The position numbers were made by a program, and so were the translations under genes. The notes under the pieces were generated by a model. It saw only the letters and a list, made by a program, of their open reading frames with translations, did not search any database and was not told where the DNA came from. A stretch of 64,000 nt of DNA from assembly GCA_963789465.1 (NCBI GenBank), contig CAWBLL010000019.1, positions 923,060 through 987,059 on the forward strand, given 5' to 3'. This DNA is from an uncultured Bacteroidales bacterium (GTDB taxonomy: Bacteria; Bacteroidota; Bacteroidia; Bacteroidales; VadinHA17). Of the stretch, positions 10,851 through 20,324 are shown piece after piece; the stretch's first letter is position 1, and every line of letters starts with the position of its first letter.

Positions 10851-11102
10851 ACTTATAATATTAAATAGTTATGAGAATGAAAAACGGGATGAAATTAAAA
10901 GTGAGTTTATTAAAACCAAAACAGTTAGAGTTAAAAATTTGTTAAAATATCTTATGGTTCCTTTAGACACCTGAAGGGGAGCTATTCTCTCATATGGTAA
11001 AATTTTTTCTGTTACTTTTTATCACTGCAAGCGATTTATTGTTTTGACAAAATCTCATCATTATTTGGCAAAAGTTTATACTACTTATCTGTTCTATTTT
11101 TA

Positions 11103-11110
11103 TACTTTTG
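11103..11110 (+). promoter_or_regulatory. Candidate Bacteroidota -7 promoter box (TACTTTTG, matching TAnnTTTG)
   Basis: Exact match to TAnnTTTG 64 nt upstream of the ATG at 11174. It overlaps the TTG that opens the ORF-track version of the gene. Confidence 0.35.
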
Positions 11111-11173
11111 AATTATTGCAATATCCACGACGGAGATCAGGCAGATATTCATGTTTACCCAAATAAATTCAAA

Positions 11174-12169
11174 ATGAAAAAAGTTGCGGTTGTTGGTTTC
11201 GGATTTATGGGCAAAACCCATGCACTTAATATTCTGAAAAATCCTGATCTTATTTTAAAGGCTATTGTTGATATAAAACCGGAACTTATCGAAAAGAACC
11301 TGAAATCAGGAGTTGGCAATTTTTCAACTGGAACCATCAATAGCGATGAACTTGAAGGGATCAGCCAATATTCAAGCCTGGACGAATGTATTCGTTCAGA
11401 AGACCTGGATGCAGTGAATATCTGCACTCATGTGAACCTGCATTTCGAGATGGCTAAAACAGCTTTGCTGAATGACAAGCATGTATTTCTGGAAAAACCG
11501 TTCTGCCTGAATATAAAGCAGGCTGAAGAGCTGATTGTTCTGGCTGAAAAAAGGAAGAAGATACTCATGGTTGGACATGTAGTCAGGTTCATGCCTCCAT
11601 ATCAGAAGCTTAAAAACTGGATTGACAATAATGAATTCGGAAATCTGAAATTTTTGTCCCTTTCACGCTATTGCGGCATTCCTTCCTGGGGCCAGTGGAA
11701 GGAAAAGAATGTGAAGGAATTGTCCGGAGGCGCTTTATTCGACCTTGTAATTCATGATATCGATTTTGCAAATTATATCCTTGGAATGCCTTCAGATATA
11801 AGGTGCAGCTATCTTCAGGGAGAATATACCCGTCATGATTACATCAGTGCCATGTGGAGCTATGATAACAGCAATTTGCATGTAAAAATAGAAGGCGGTT
11901 TTACCTTTCACAGCAACTTCCCGTTCCAGGCTTCCTATATGGCAAATTTTGAACATGCGAGCATTCTTTTTACTACCCTGAGAAATGAGATCATTCAGAT
12001 AGCAGATAATTCCACAATTAAAGAGATCCCAGCCGGAGACGGAGGAGAAGGCTATTTCAATGAAATAGATTACTTCGCAAAATGTCTTTTAAACAGTTCG
12101 CAGCCTGATGAATGTTTGCCTGCATCCTCTCTTCAGGCAATTCAGTTATGTTATAAACATATTAAATAG
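11174..12169 (+). CDS. Gfo/Idh/MocA family NAD(P)-dependent oxidoreductase
   Basis: The Rossmann start MKKVAVVGFGFMGKTHA lies at the ATG at 11174, and an EKP motif (VFLEKPF) follows. The ORF-track start at 11108 is a TTG inside the putative promoter. Confidence 0.85.
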   Translation: MKKVAVVGFGFMGKTHALNILKNPDLILKAIVDIKPELIEKNLKSGVGNFSTGTINSDELEGISQYSSLDECIRSEDLDAVNICTHVNLHFEMAKTALLNDKHVFLEKPFCLNIKQAEELIVLAEKRKKILMVGHVVRFMPPYQKLKNWIDNNEFGNLKFLSLSRYCGIPSWGQWKEKNVKELSGGALFDLVIHDIDFANYILGMPSDIRCSYLQGEYTRHDYISAMWSYDNSNLHVKIEGGFTFHSNFPFQASYMANFEHASILFTTLRNEIIQIADNSTIKEIPAGDGGEGYFNEIDYFAKCLLNSSQPDECLPASSLQAIQLCYKHIK

Positions 12170-12178
12170 AAAAAGAAC

Positions 12179-13396
12179 ATGAAACAAATTCTGGCAATTA
12201 ACGGCGGCCTTAAGACAATTGAAAAGAATTTTGAATGGCCTCTTTTTGATGAAACTGAAGTAAATGCCGTGACGGAAGTTGTGCGCAGCGGTAATTGGGG
12301 AAATCCTGACTGTGGAGATCTTGTAAAAGCATTTGAGGAGGAGTTTGCTGCCTTCTGCGGTGTAAAGTATGCCCTCACCTGTGTAAATGGCTCAGTCGCA
12401 TTGCGACTGGCACTCATTGCCTCAGGTGTAAGACCGGGAGACGAAGTGATTATACCGCCATATACATTTATTGCCACCTCCACCATTGTACTGGAGGCCA
12501 ACTGCGTGCCCGTCTTTGTTGATATCGATCCTGATACATATAATCTGGATCCTCAAAAAATTGAAGCTGCCATTACCAGCCGTACAAAAGCAATAATACC
12601 TGTACATTTTGCCGGACAGGCCTGTGAAATGGACAAGATAATGGCAGTCGCGAAAAAACATAACCTGAAAGTTATAGAGGACGCCTGCCATGGTCACGGA
12701 GCAGAATATAAAGGCAGAAAGTTAGGAAGTATCGGAGATGCAGGCTGTTTCAGCTTCCAGTCATCAAAAAACCTTACAAGCGGGGAAGGAGGGATGGTCA
12801 TTACCAATGATGAAAGACTTTACGATATGATGAATTCTCTGAGGAATGTAGGACGCGTGAAAGGAGGACAATGGTATGAACACCATTATCTTGGCTGCAA
12901 CTACCGCATGACGCAGCTTCAGGTCATTCTGCTTAAAACCCAGCTGAAAAGGCTTAAGGCACAAACCCTTCACCGTCACGAAAATGGTACATATCTGAAT
13001 TCCCTGATGGAAAAGATAGATGGGATTAAGCCACTGGCAAGGGGAAAAGGAGAAACGCTCCATAGTTATCATATCTATATTTTTAAATATGACAAATCAA
13101 AATTCAATAACCTGCCCAAAGCAGAGTTTGCCCGGATGCTTGCAGCCGAAGGGATCCCCAGCTTTATGGGATATCCGGAGCCATTATATAAACAGCCTCT
13201 TTTCCAGGAAAAGAATTTTATGTGCTATGCAATTCCTGAAGAGGTAAGTTATAAGGATATACGCTGCCCCGTGGCTGAAAAGGCATGTTACGAAGAAGCC
13301 GTGTGGATATTGCAGCATGCCATGCTGGGACCAAAAGAAGATATGGAAAAATTTGCCGCAGCTGTTGTTAAGATAAAGAAGGCTGTTACAGAATAA
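12179..13396 (+). CDS. DegT/DnrJ/EryC1/StrS family PLP-dependent sugar aminotransferase
   Basis: 405 aa with the typical contexts VNGSVALRLAL, IIPPYTFIAT and FSFQSSKNLTSGEGG (PLP lysine). Confidence 0.9.
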   Translation: MKQILAINGGLKTIEKNFEWPLFDETEVNAVTEVVRSGNWGNPDCGDLVKAFEEEFAAFCGVKYALTCVNGSVALRLALIASGVRPGDEVIIPPYTFIATSTIVLEANCVPVFVDIDPDTYNLDPQKIEAAITSRTKAIIPVHFAGQACEMDKIMAVAKKHNLKVIEDACHGHGAEYKGRKLGSIGDAGCFSFQSSKNLTSGEGGMVITNDERLYDMMNSLRNVGRVKGGQWYEHHYLGCNYRMTQLQVILLKTQLKRLKAQTLHRHENGTYLNSLMEKIDGIKPLARGKGETLHSYHIYIFKYDKSKFNNLPKAEFARMLAAEGIPSFMGYPEPLYKQPLFQEKNFMCYAIPEEVSYKDIRCPVAEKACYEEAVWILQHAMLGPKEDMEKFAAAVVKIKKAVTE

Positions 13397-13410
13397 TTTT
13401 ATGCCAGTTA

Positions 13411-13470
13411 TACAGAGATGTACAGAGAATCACTGAGTTACACAGAGAATTATGTGAGTTTCTCTCTGTG
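13411..13470. terminator. Repeat-built hairpin between convergent genes (ACAGAGA modules; stem CACAGAGA/TCTCTGTG)
   Basis: Three direct copies of ACAGAGA lie at 13412, 13422 and 13442. CACAGAGA (13441-13448) pairs with TCTCTGTG (13463-13470). The element sits between the convergent stops at 13396 and 13495. Confidence 0.5.
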
Positions 13471-13494
13471 GCTTTCTATGTGACCTTTATTGTT

Positions 13495-14760
13495 TTATCT
13501 GTAACGAACCTTATGGCCCTTCAATGCAAAGAAAAATACATAGAGATAGATAGGAATTACAATCAGGTAGGCAGATTTCGGAGAATAGATGTCAGCTATC
13601 TTTCCGTAGAGGAGAGGCAATACTGCAGCTCCTGAGATTGCCATCACCATCATCGATGAACCGACTTTTGTAAAGCGACCCAGTTCGGTTATAGCCAGAG
13701 GCCATATTGAAGGCCACATAAGCGAGTTGGCCAGACCCAGCAGGGCAATGAACATGACTGAAGTGAATCCGTTGGTCAATAATGCCATGCTGGCAAATAT
13801 CAATCCCATTACTGCTGAAATAACAAGGGCATCCTTCTGCTGAGTGTACCTGGGTATGACAATTATGCCAATAATATATCCGATCAGCATTGCAAAAATC
13901 GTAAAGGATGAGAAGAATTTTGCGGTAGCTATGGGAATATTCAGAAAGACGCCATAGCTGATTATTGTATTTCCGGCTATAACTTCGACCCCTGTATAGA
14001 GAAAAATTGCAAGAACCCCAAGGAGCAGGTGCGGAAACTGGAATATACTGGTTTTGGCGCTTGCTTTTTCGTCTGCAATAGCGTTCTCCCCTTCTGCATC
14101 GATATCAGGCAGGCCTGAAAGATACAGGAATATTGCAAGCAGGAGCAATGAGACCATTATAAGTATATATGGAATTATTACCCTTGTGGCAAGTGCATCG
14201 AGTTCAAGGCTTTTTTCAGCAGGAGCCATGGTTCCAATCCTCTGAAGAATTTCATCTGCTCCCTTAAGGGTTATAAAACCCAGTATTGCAGGTGCAATGA
14301 CTCCGGCAATCCCATTGCATATTCCCATGATACTGATCCTCCTGGCAGCGCTTTCAATAGGTCCTATTATGGTTACATACGGATTGGAGGCTGTCTGAAG
14401 CAAAGCCATGCCGGCGCCCTGAATAAATAATCCGGCAAGGAACAAGCTATATGTCCTTGTAAGTGCTGCAGGTACAAAGAACAGTGACCCGAGGGCCATT
14501 ATCACCAATCCGGCTGTCATGCCTTTCTTATACCCCGTGTACCCAAGCAGCCAGCCTGATGGAACCGACATGAAGAAGTAAGCGATATAAAAAGAGAAAG
14601 CCACAAGGTAAGACTGAAAGTTGGACAGCTCACAGGCAATTTTAAGGTAGGGTACGAGCACTGCGCTCAGCCATGTGATGAAACCAAAAACAAAAAACAG
14701 TGCTCCTATGATGATAACTGGACTTGAGATGTTTTTGTAGATCTTTTTGATTGTGCTCAC
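13495..14760 (-). CDS. MFS sugar transporter (glucose/galactose/fucose permease family)
   Basis: 421-aa 12-TM-type ORF. The N-terminal region FFMSVPSGWLLGYTGYKKGM is typical of the FucP/GluP family. Confidence 0.85.
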   Translation of the reverse strand: MSTIKKIYKNISSPVIIIGALFFVFGFITWLSAVLVPYLKIACELSNFQSYLVAFSFYIAYFFMSVPSGWLLGYTGYKKGMTAGLVIMALGSLFFVPAALTRTYSLFLAGLFIQGAGMALLQTASNPYVTIIGPIESAARRISIMGICNGIAGVIAPAILGFITLKGADEILQRIGTMAPAEKSLELDALATRVIIPYILIMVSLLLLAIFLYLSGLPDIDAEGENAIADEKASAKTSIFQFPHLLLGVLAIFLYTGVEVIAGNTIISYGVFLNIPIATAKFFSSFTIFAMLIGYIIGIIVIPRYTQQKDALVISAVMGLIFASMALLTNGFTSVMFIALLGLANSLMWPSIWPLAITELGRFTKVGSSMMVMAISGAAVLPLLYGKIADIYSPKSAYLIVIPIYLYVFFFALKGHKVRYR

Positions 14761-14823
14761 CCTCAGTGATTTAATTGACGCATTAACAATTGAATATTGC
14801 AGCTGAAAAATACAACTTTTATG

Positions 14824-16755
14824 CTAATGCGCAAGTGCCTTAATCCTTCCTAAAATTGTTTCATCAGCATCCATAGGAAATACATTTGCCTGCCCATACC
14901 AGAAAAAAGAATCAAGACCTTCATAGTTTTTAGCCTCCAGATGCATATGGGTCGGGAGGTAACTTGAGACATCATTTGTATAACCGGCTACTGAAACAAG
15001 CTTTTCCGGCCATAACTCCTTGACACCTAAACCATATCCGGTTGTTGTTTCCCTTGAGAATCCTACCAGCTTCCATTCGCCGATATTAATGGTATGGATA
15101 TATACTGGCAGCGTTTCCGGCATTGTACCTTTCCTGTAATAATCCATCATAAGATCACACCATTTTACATTTTTCTCAGCATAAACATCACCTGGCTTAT
15201 CAGCATTCTGCTCCCTGAAAGCAAGAATTTCCTCCCTGGTCCATGGCCTTATTGGTATACTTATTGTATCAAGGAAAAAGGATATTGATCCCTCAATTTT
15301 TTTCATCGGTTTTTTCAGAACATCAATTACGTCATTTGACAGTTTTTCACCCGTAATATATTCCCCGTCGTCTTTGGGATTGATATCTCCGGCAGTTCCC
15401 TGCAAAAAGAGAGAATTGGATGTGGATGTCCTGCGCTCGAGTAATTCACGGGCAACTCCCGGATAGTTGGCGCTTATGGTATAATTTAGCTTCCCGGCTG
15501 TACTAAAGACCGGATGGCAGGCGGCGATAAACAGGTAACTTTCCGACCCGTTGCCGGGATATGAAATTTTTATTACATCAACATTGCTGTCGTACAGCTC
15601 AGGGTGATCCTTCAGACTCCTGTTGTAGCCAATATCAGTTGTGCCTCGACCAAACCACAACTCAGCAGGAGCAGTAACTGAGACAGCCTTTGCTATGGCA
15701 TCCAGTATCCCGTTCCTGACTGTTGAATATAAATAAACGCTGTCCGGCCTCTGGTTGGCTTCCTGCCATGTGAGCCAGTTTTGGGTTACAGGAGCGAAAT
15801 GAGTGTGAGAGATATTTATAAAAATAGCTGCGGCAGGAAGATGATACTTTTCCCATAACTCTTTCTTCAGCAAACCGGTGAAATCGGCCGTGAGTCCGCA
15901 GAGGTCCACATTCACTATAACAACTGTCTTTTCTCCGCTTTTTATGGCCAGGGCCCGGGCTGTAAGGTTGCCATCGCTTCTTTGTTCCCCAAGACAGAGT
16001 TTATTACTGCCGGTTATCCCGTATATCCTGTCGTTTAAAAATGCTATATGCCTGATATCTTCTTTTATCGTTTCCTTATTCCTGTATGCAATCTTTAACC
16101 AGTTCCGGTTAATTCCGGATATTTCACTCTTGTAGATGACACCTTCCCGGGTGAGGGCATACAGACTGCCATTGTTCCCTGTGAGACTGACTATGTTGCT
16201 TGCCATCTCACTTTTTACCCATTCAGGGGCCTTGAGTGAAAGGGGAGAGAACCATAATGTTCCCCTGCCGTCGGTGGCAAATAATTTATTGGCTGTAACC
16301 GCAAGAAGAGTGGCGTTCTTGTCTATAATGCCGAACTTCTTCCATTTTGCCTTTCCCTTAGCCGGAGCAGTCATGAGTTCACCGGTATTGGTTATCCCAT
16401 AGAGCTTTCCATTGTAGCAGGCAATTGATTTAATATTATCAGCCCTGCCGGCAGCTTTCAATACCGGATCAGTGCCAGACGGAATGCAGGAAAAAAGCTC
16501 TCCTCTGCCAACGATAAACAAATTATTGTCAGATCCTGTCAAAGCGACTGTTTCGGGCACATTTCCCTTGTTTACCCATTGAAGGGTAAAACGTCCGTCT
16601 CTGGGTGCTCCATACCCTGCGAGATGGAGGGATATGAGAGTTTCTTCCGGTTCAATCCCTGACTGTCCGGTCCCCGCCAAATACCCGTTTTGCGAAAATA
16701 AAAGCCCTGTTTTGAGGCAAATTAAGATCAGAACAGAAAATATTTTTGATTTCAT
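14824..16755 (-). CDS. Ceramidase-like hydrolase with a nested five-repeat (propeller/lectin-like) insertion
   Basis: 643 aa with a signal peptide. The ceramidase-like motifs are split: HLAGYGAPRDGR near aa 45-55, then LTARALAIKSG and INISHTHFAP from about aa 263. Between them lie five ~40-aa repeats (NNLF, GKLYG, NKLFA, GSLYA, DRIYG). Confidence 0.7.
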   Translation of the reverse strand: MKSKIFSVLILICLKTGLLFSQNGYLAGTGQSGIEPEETLISLHLAGYGAPRDGRFTLQWVNKGNVPETVALTGSDNNLFIVGRGELFSCIPSGTDPVLKAAGRADNIKSIACYNGKLYGITNTGELMTAPAKGKAKWKKFGIIDKNATLLAVTANKLFATDGRGTLWFSPLSLKAPEWVKSEMASNIVSLTGNNGSLYALTREGVIYKSEISGINRNWLKIAYRNKETIKEDIRHIAFLNDRIYGITGSNKLCLGEQRSDGNLTARALAIKSGEKTVVIVNVDLCGLTADFTGLLKKELWEKYHLPAAAIFINISHTHFAPVTQNWLTWQEANQRPDSVYLYSTVRNGILDAIAKAVSVTAPAELWFGRGTTDIGYNRSLKDHPELYDSNVDVIKISYPGNGSESYLFIAACHPVFSTAGKLNYTISANYPGVARELLERRTSTSNSLFLQGTAGDINPKDDGEYITGEKLSNDVIDVLKKPMKKIEGSISFFLDTISIPIRPWTREEILAFREQNADKPGDVYAEKNVKWCDLMMDYYRKGTMPETLPVYIHTINIGEWKLVGFSRETTTGYGLGVKELWPEKLVSVAGYTNDVSSYLPTHMHLEAKNYEGLDSFFWYGQANVFPMDADETILGRIKALAH

Positions 16756-16865
16756 GTCTTATAAAATAGTTAATTCACCTGATTAAGGAAATATCCCGGT
16801 CAATCTGAACGAAATCAATTACTAAACTGCTGAAAATTGAAATTGTTCTGCTGAAAGAAAAAAAA

Positions 16866-18680
16866 TCAACTGTTTGCCAGGTCAAGCAAATGCTTAACGG
16901 CTGAATTGGGATTCGATATTTCATCTGCGGACTCAATGGTAACAGTTGGAATAGCTCCGTGTTCCAGATGGATTTGCATCCTTAGCTCTTCATCCTTATC
17001 CTTGCCGCTTAATCCGGAATAACCGATCGTTCTGCAAAGCCTGCCGAACATAAATTGATTCAGGTTACATCCTCCTGTCCTTTCCAGCCCGCTGACTGAT
17101 GTCTGCCAGCTTTTAAAAAGATGGGCCTGTGCAAAGGAGAGTCCCTGCATGGTAATTTCATTCAATCCTTCTCCTCCCACAACCAGTCCGCCCATCAGTG
17201 CACCGACATGTGCGATCAGCTTTTTCATTCCTTCCGTGGATGTCGTTGATTCGACCAGGCAGTTGTGAAGATTCTGCGTTACCAGGGTCACATCAATAAA
17301 AACTGTACCTAGGTTCAGATCCTCGCCGGCTTTTTGTATGTTCTCACCGAGAATTGACCTCCACATGCTTAATCCCGGATGCACCTTGATCATTACATTC
17401 TTGTCACGGTTTTCGATACGGCTCAGGTTGGATTCAGGAACGCCGAGTACCCTGCCATCCACCCAGCTCCATCCCAGAAGCTTCCTGGTCTCTAAATGAC
17501 GGTACTGGAAATCCCTGATTCTGGTGTAGATGGGATTTGAAGGATCCATATCAATCGAATTGAAATGCGGCATTACATGAAAACCCATCTTATGGCATCT
17601 CTGAATGAAGCTTTTTCCCTTGTCACTGGCCACATACGTTGGATAATTCTGGTCGTAAATATCAGTTCTCCAGTCAGGGAAATGAAGAAGTACTTTTGAG
17701 GGAGCTAACTTTTTGGCCAGAGCATCCAGTATTTCTTCATCGCCGGGGCACCATGAAATGGCAAATTTAATGTCATTGATCCAGGGTTTTCTATTTTCCT
17801 CCTCTTTTTTAAGATCATATGAACTCCACAGCCACTCTCTGTAACGTTCTGCAGGAACCTGCCAGCTTCCCTTATGCACGTTTATTCTCCAGCTTAGACC
17901 TCCTGCAGAGAGATTATCATCTAGCGGTCCATATGCTTCAGAATCGAATCCCAGCATATAAGGATCGGTTTTGGACCCTATCATCAATGCTTTGTATCTG
18001 AAGTTTGTATCCTGAGTGTGTATATAAAAGCCGCCGGAAGATGACTGAAGGATCGCCAGGCCGGCTTCCCATGCGGAAGGCCAGATCCATTTGGTGCTGC
18101 GGATCAGCGGATCGTCAAGTTTTAATTTTATTCCCTGGAACAGTGGAGCAGTGAGGTCAAGATCATGCCTGATTCCGGGAATATTCCACCTGCAGCCCAT
18201 CACACCTGGTCGTGAAGTGTAGGCTGACGGTTCAATAATGAGGTCACCCGTCATGTTATCGGTAGAAATGGTTATCAATCCATCACCGTTCCAGCTGTGA
18301 ATAATAACTTCTGCCTTCTGGTCAGAGACCTGATGAAGGATTGTTTTGCCGTAGTTGTCTGAACCCAGATCAACTACTTCTGAAAACGGGTAAACAATCT
18401 GAAGGGCGGAGGATTCTTTACCATCAAAGGGTGTTATGAATTCTTCCCCGCTCATTTTGCTCTTCAGGGATGTCAGAAATCCATTGGAGAGGATGGCGGA
18501 CAGGGTTGCTGTTTCAATGAAAACCTTGTCATCCCTTATCTGAACAGAGGATGTTCCTTTCTCTGTGGTTCCTGTCGGACTTTTAGTCTTTCCTTCCCCG
18601 GATCCTTTGGCTATGAGTGGTATTACAGGACTTATCAGAGCAGCTTCACCTGCAGTTTTAAGAAATTTTCTACGCTCCAT
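16866..18680 (-). CDS. Tat-signal secreted protein of unknown family (putative glycoside-hydrolase-like)
   Basis: 604 aa with a twin-arginine leader MERRKFLKTAGEAAL. It lies immediately downstream of, and co-oriented with, the GH29 fucosidase gene. I recognise no family motif with confidence. Confidence 0.7.
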   Translation of the reverse strand: MERRKFLKTAGEAALISPVIPLIAKGSGEGKTKSPTGTTEKGTSSVQIRDDKVFIETATLSAILSNGFLTSLKSKMSGEEFITPFDGKESSALQIVYPFSEVVDLGSDNYGKTILHQVSDQKAEVIIHSWNGDGLITISTDNMTGDLIIEPSAYTSRPGVMGCRWNIPGIRHDLDLTAPLFQGIKLKLDDPLIRSTKWIWPSAWEAGLAILQSSSGGFYIHTQDTNFRYKALMIGSKTDPYMLGFDSEAYGPLDDNLSAGGLSWRINVHKGSWQVPAERYREWLWSSYDLKKEEENRKPWINDIKFAISWCPGDEEILDALAKKLAPSKVLLHFPDWRTDIYDQNYPTYVASDKGKSFIQRCHKMGFHVMPHFNSIDMDPSNPIYTRIRDFQYRHLETRKLLGWSWVDGRVLGVPESNLSRIENRDKNVMIKVHPGLSMWRSILGENIQKAGEDLNLGTVFIDVTLVTQNLHNCLVESTTSTEGMKKLIAHVGALMGGLVVGGEGLNEITMQGLSFAQAHLFKSWQTSVSGLERTGGCNLNQFMFGRLCRTIGYSGLSGKDKDEELRMQIHLEHGAIPTVTIESADEISNPNSAVKHLLDLANS

Positions 18681-18708
18681 TTCGTGACTTTTTTATTATT
18701 CACAATAA

Positions 18709-20097
18709 CTATTTTATCTTAATTTTGAAAGCCCAGGCATAGCTGCATGAGGTAGGTCTGGCTTTTTCCTCAGGATAATAAATGGTAAGGCCTGCAGATT
18801 CATCCCATGACCATTTCAGGTTACCGGTCACCCCGAGCATTGTGATTTTTGAACCGGCAATCGGCTTCACTGATCTGAGATGAAATTCGCTTCCCTGCCA
18901 TTTCAGGAAGATAGCATATATATAATCTGCCTTTGAAGTGAAGCAGGCATCATTCTCCTCCTGTATCTTCCAGGGCCGTGTACCGTAGATGGCCTCGCTG
19001 TTGGTTCTGAGCCAGTCCCCAAGCTTAAGGAGGGGATATTGTTCATATTCCGGAATAAGGCCTGCTGAAGTAGGCCCAACATTGATATCGAAATTTCCGT
19101 TCTTGCTTACCCCTTTGATTACCTTGTCGATAAACTGCTTTGGCGACAGGCAGTCCTCCGGATCAGTATCCCTGTTATATCCGAATGTCTTTGCAATACC
19201 CTGCCAGTATGACCATTTATGTGAAAGCAAGCCCTCACTGCCCTTTTCGAAACTGTATTCAACATTATAAAGATCTCCGTGCTTGCCGCGTTCATCCTTT
19301 CCAAAGCGATCATTGACAAATACTTCCTGGTTCCTGGCCGCTGCCTGGTTATAATAATACGCAACCACTTCTTTCATCTTCCAGAATGATTCCGGATGAT
19401 CCCATTCTCCGTCAAAGAAGAAAAAGTCGGGATGATAGAGGTCGATGAGTTCTTTGATCTGAGGGATCATGAAATCGTCGACATAGTCATCCACTTTCTT
19501 AAGACCTGCATAGGGGATCTCAATTTTGGTATAGAGCGGATTGAACCATTCATAGAGAGAGTAGTACAGGCCAACCTTAAGTCCCTCTTTCCTCCCTGCT
19601 TCAAAAAATTGTCCAAGGAGATCCTTATGAGGCCCCATCTTCATCGCATTCCTGTCGGTATATTTTGTCGGCCAGAGGCAAAAACCATCGTGATGCTTGG
19701 ATGTGATAAACATATATTTAGCTCCCATCTCACTGGCAAATTCAGCCCATTCTGACGGATTGAATTTTTCAGCCTTCCACATTGGGATAAAATCGTCATA
19801 TATAAAATTATCTCCATAGTTTTCCCTGTGATACTCAACTGTTGGATTGCCCTTTTCCTTCATCCTGAAACCGTACCATTCTGCATATGAAATGCCATCC
19901 TCCCGCGGGGCCCATGCCGGGACGGAATAGACTCCCCAGTGCATGCTCAATCCTATTTTTGCATCATCGTACCATTGGGGCATCTTATGGCTGTCGAGCG
20001 ATTCCCATGTTGGTTTGTAAAGTTCCTGAGCTGAAAGGTGACTGGAAACTGCTATTTCCAGCAAGGTGAGGCAAAAAACCGAAATTAATGTTCTCAT
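18709..20097 (-). CDS. GH29 alpha-L-fucosidase
   Basis: 462 aa with a signal peptide. It carries the hallmark HHDGFCLWPT and surrounding GH29 contexts (WGVYSVPAW, YYSLYEW). Confidence 0.9.
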   Translation of the reverse strand: MRTLISVFCLTLLEIAVSSHLSAQELYKPTWESLDSHKMPQWYDDAKIGLSMHWGVYSVPAWAPREDGISYAEWYGFRMKEKGNPTVEYHRENYGDNFIYDDFIPMWKAEKFNPSEWAEFASEMGAKYMFITSKHHDGFCLWPTKYTDRNAMKMGPHKDLLGQFFEAGRKEGLKVGLYYSLYEWFNPLYTKIEIPYAGLKKVDDYVDDFMIPQIKELIDLYHPDFFFFDGEWDHPESFWKMKEVVAYYYNQAAARNQEVFVNDRFGKDERGKHGDLYNVEYSFEKGSEGLLSHKWSYWQGIAKTFGYNRDTDPEDCLSPKQFIDKVIKGVSKNGNFDINVGPTSAGLIPEYEQYPLLKLGDWLRTNSEAIYGTRPWKIQEENDACFTSKADYIYAIFLKWQGSEFHLRSVKPIAGSKITMLGVTGNLKWSWDESAGLTIYYPEEKARPTSCSYAWAFKIKIK

Positions 20098-20324
20098 AAT
20101 TTTTAAAATAAGCTTAAAGATATTATTTTTTGGGTCTGGATCTCTTTAAAAGTCTTTCAAAATATTTTATTTCAGGTAATGAAATATGCCCCGGAAACGA
20201 TTTGCATACAATGAATAGATTAATTTACTTTAAAAGAGGTTAATTTTTTAGTTTATTCTTATTACTTTTAACGGATTTTTAAAAATTCTCTTCATTTATT
20301 TCAAAATTTAATATTTCAATACAG

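Noticed and set aside
11108-11173. Upstream-extended starts given by the ORF track: 11108 TTG, 54934 TTG, 58820, 59868 and 61250 TTG.
   Set aside because: The extensions lack family-consistent sequence. They overlap a promoter box or the preceding gene, and canonical ATG or GTG starts immediately precede the conserved N-termini or signal peptides.
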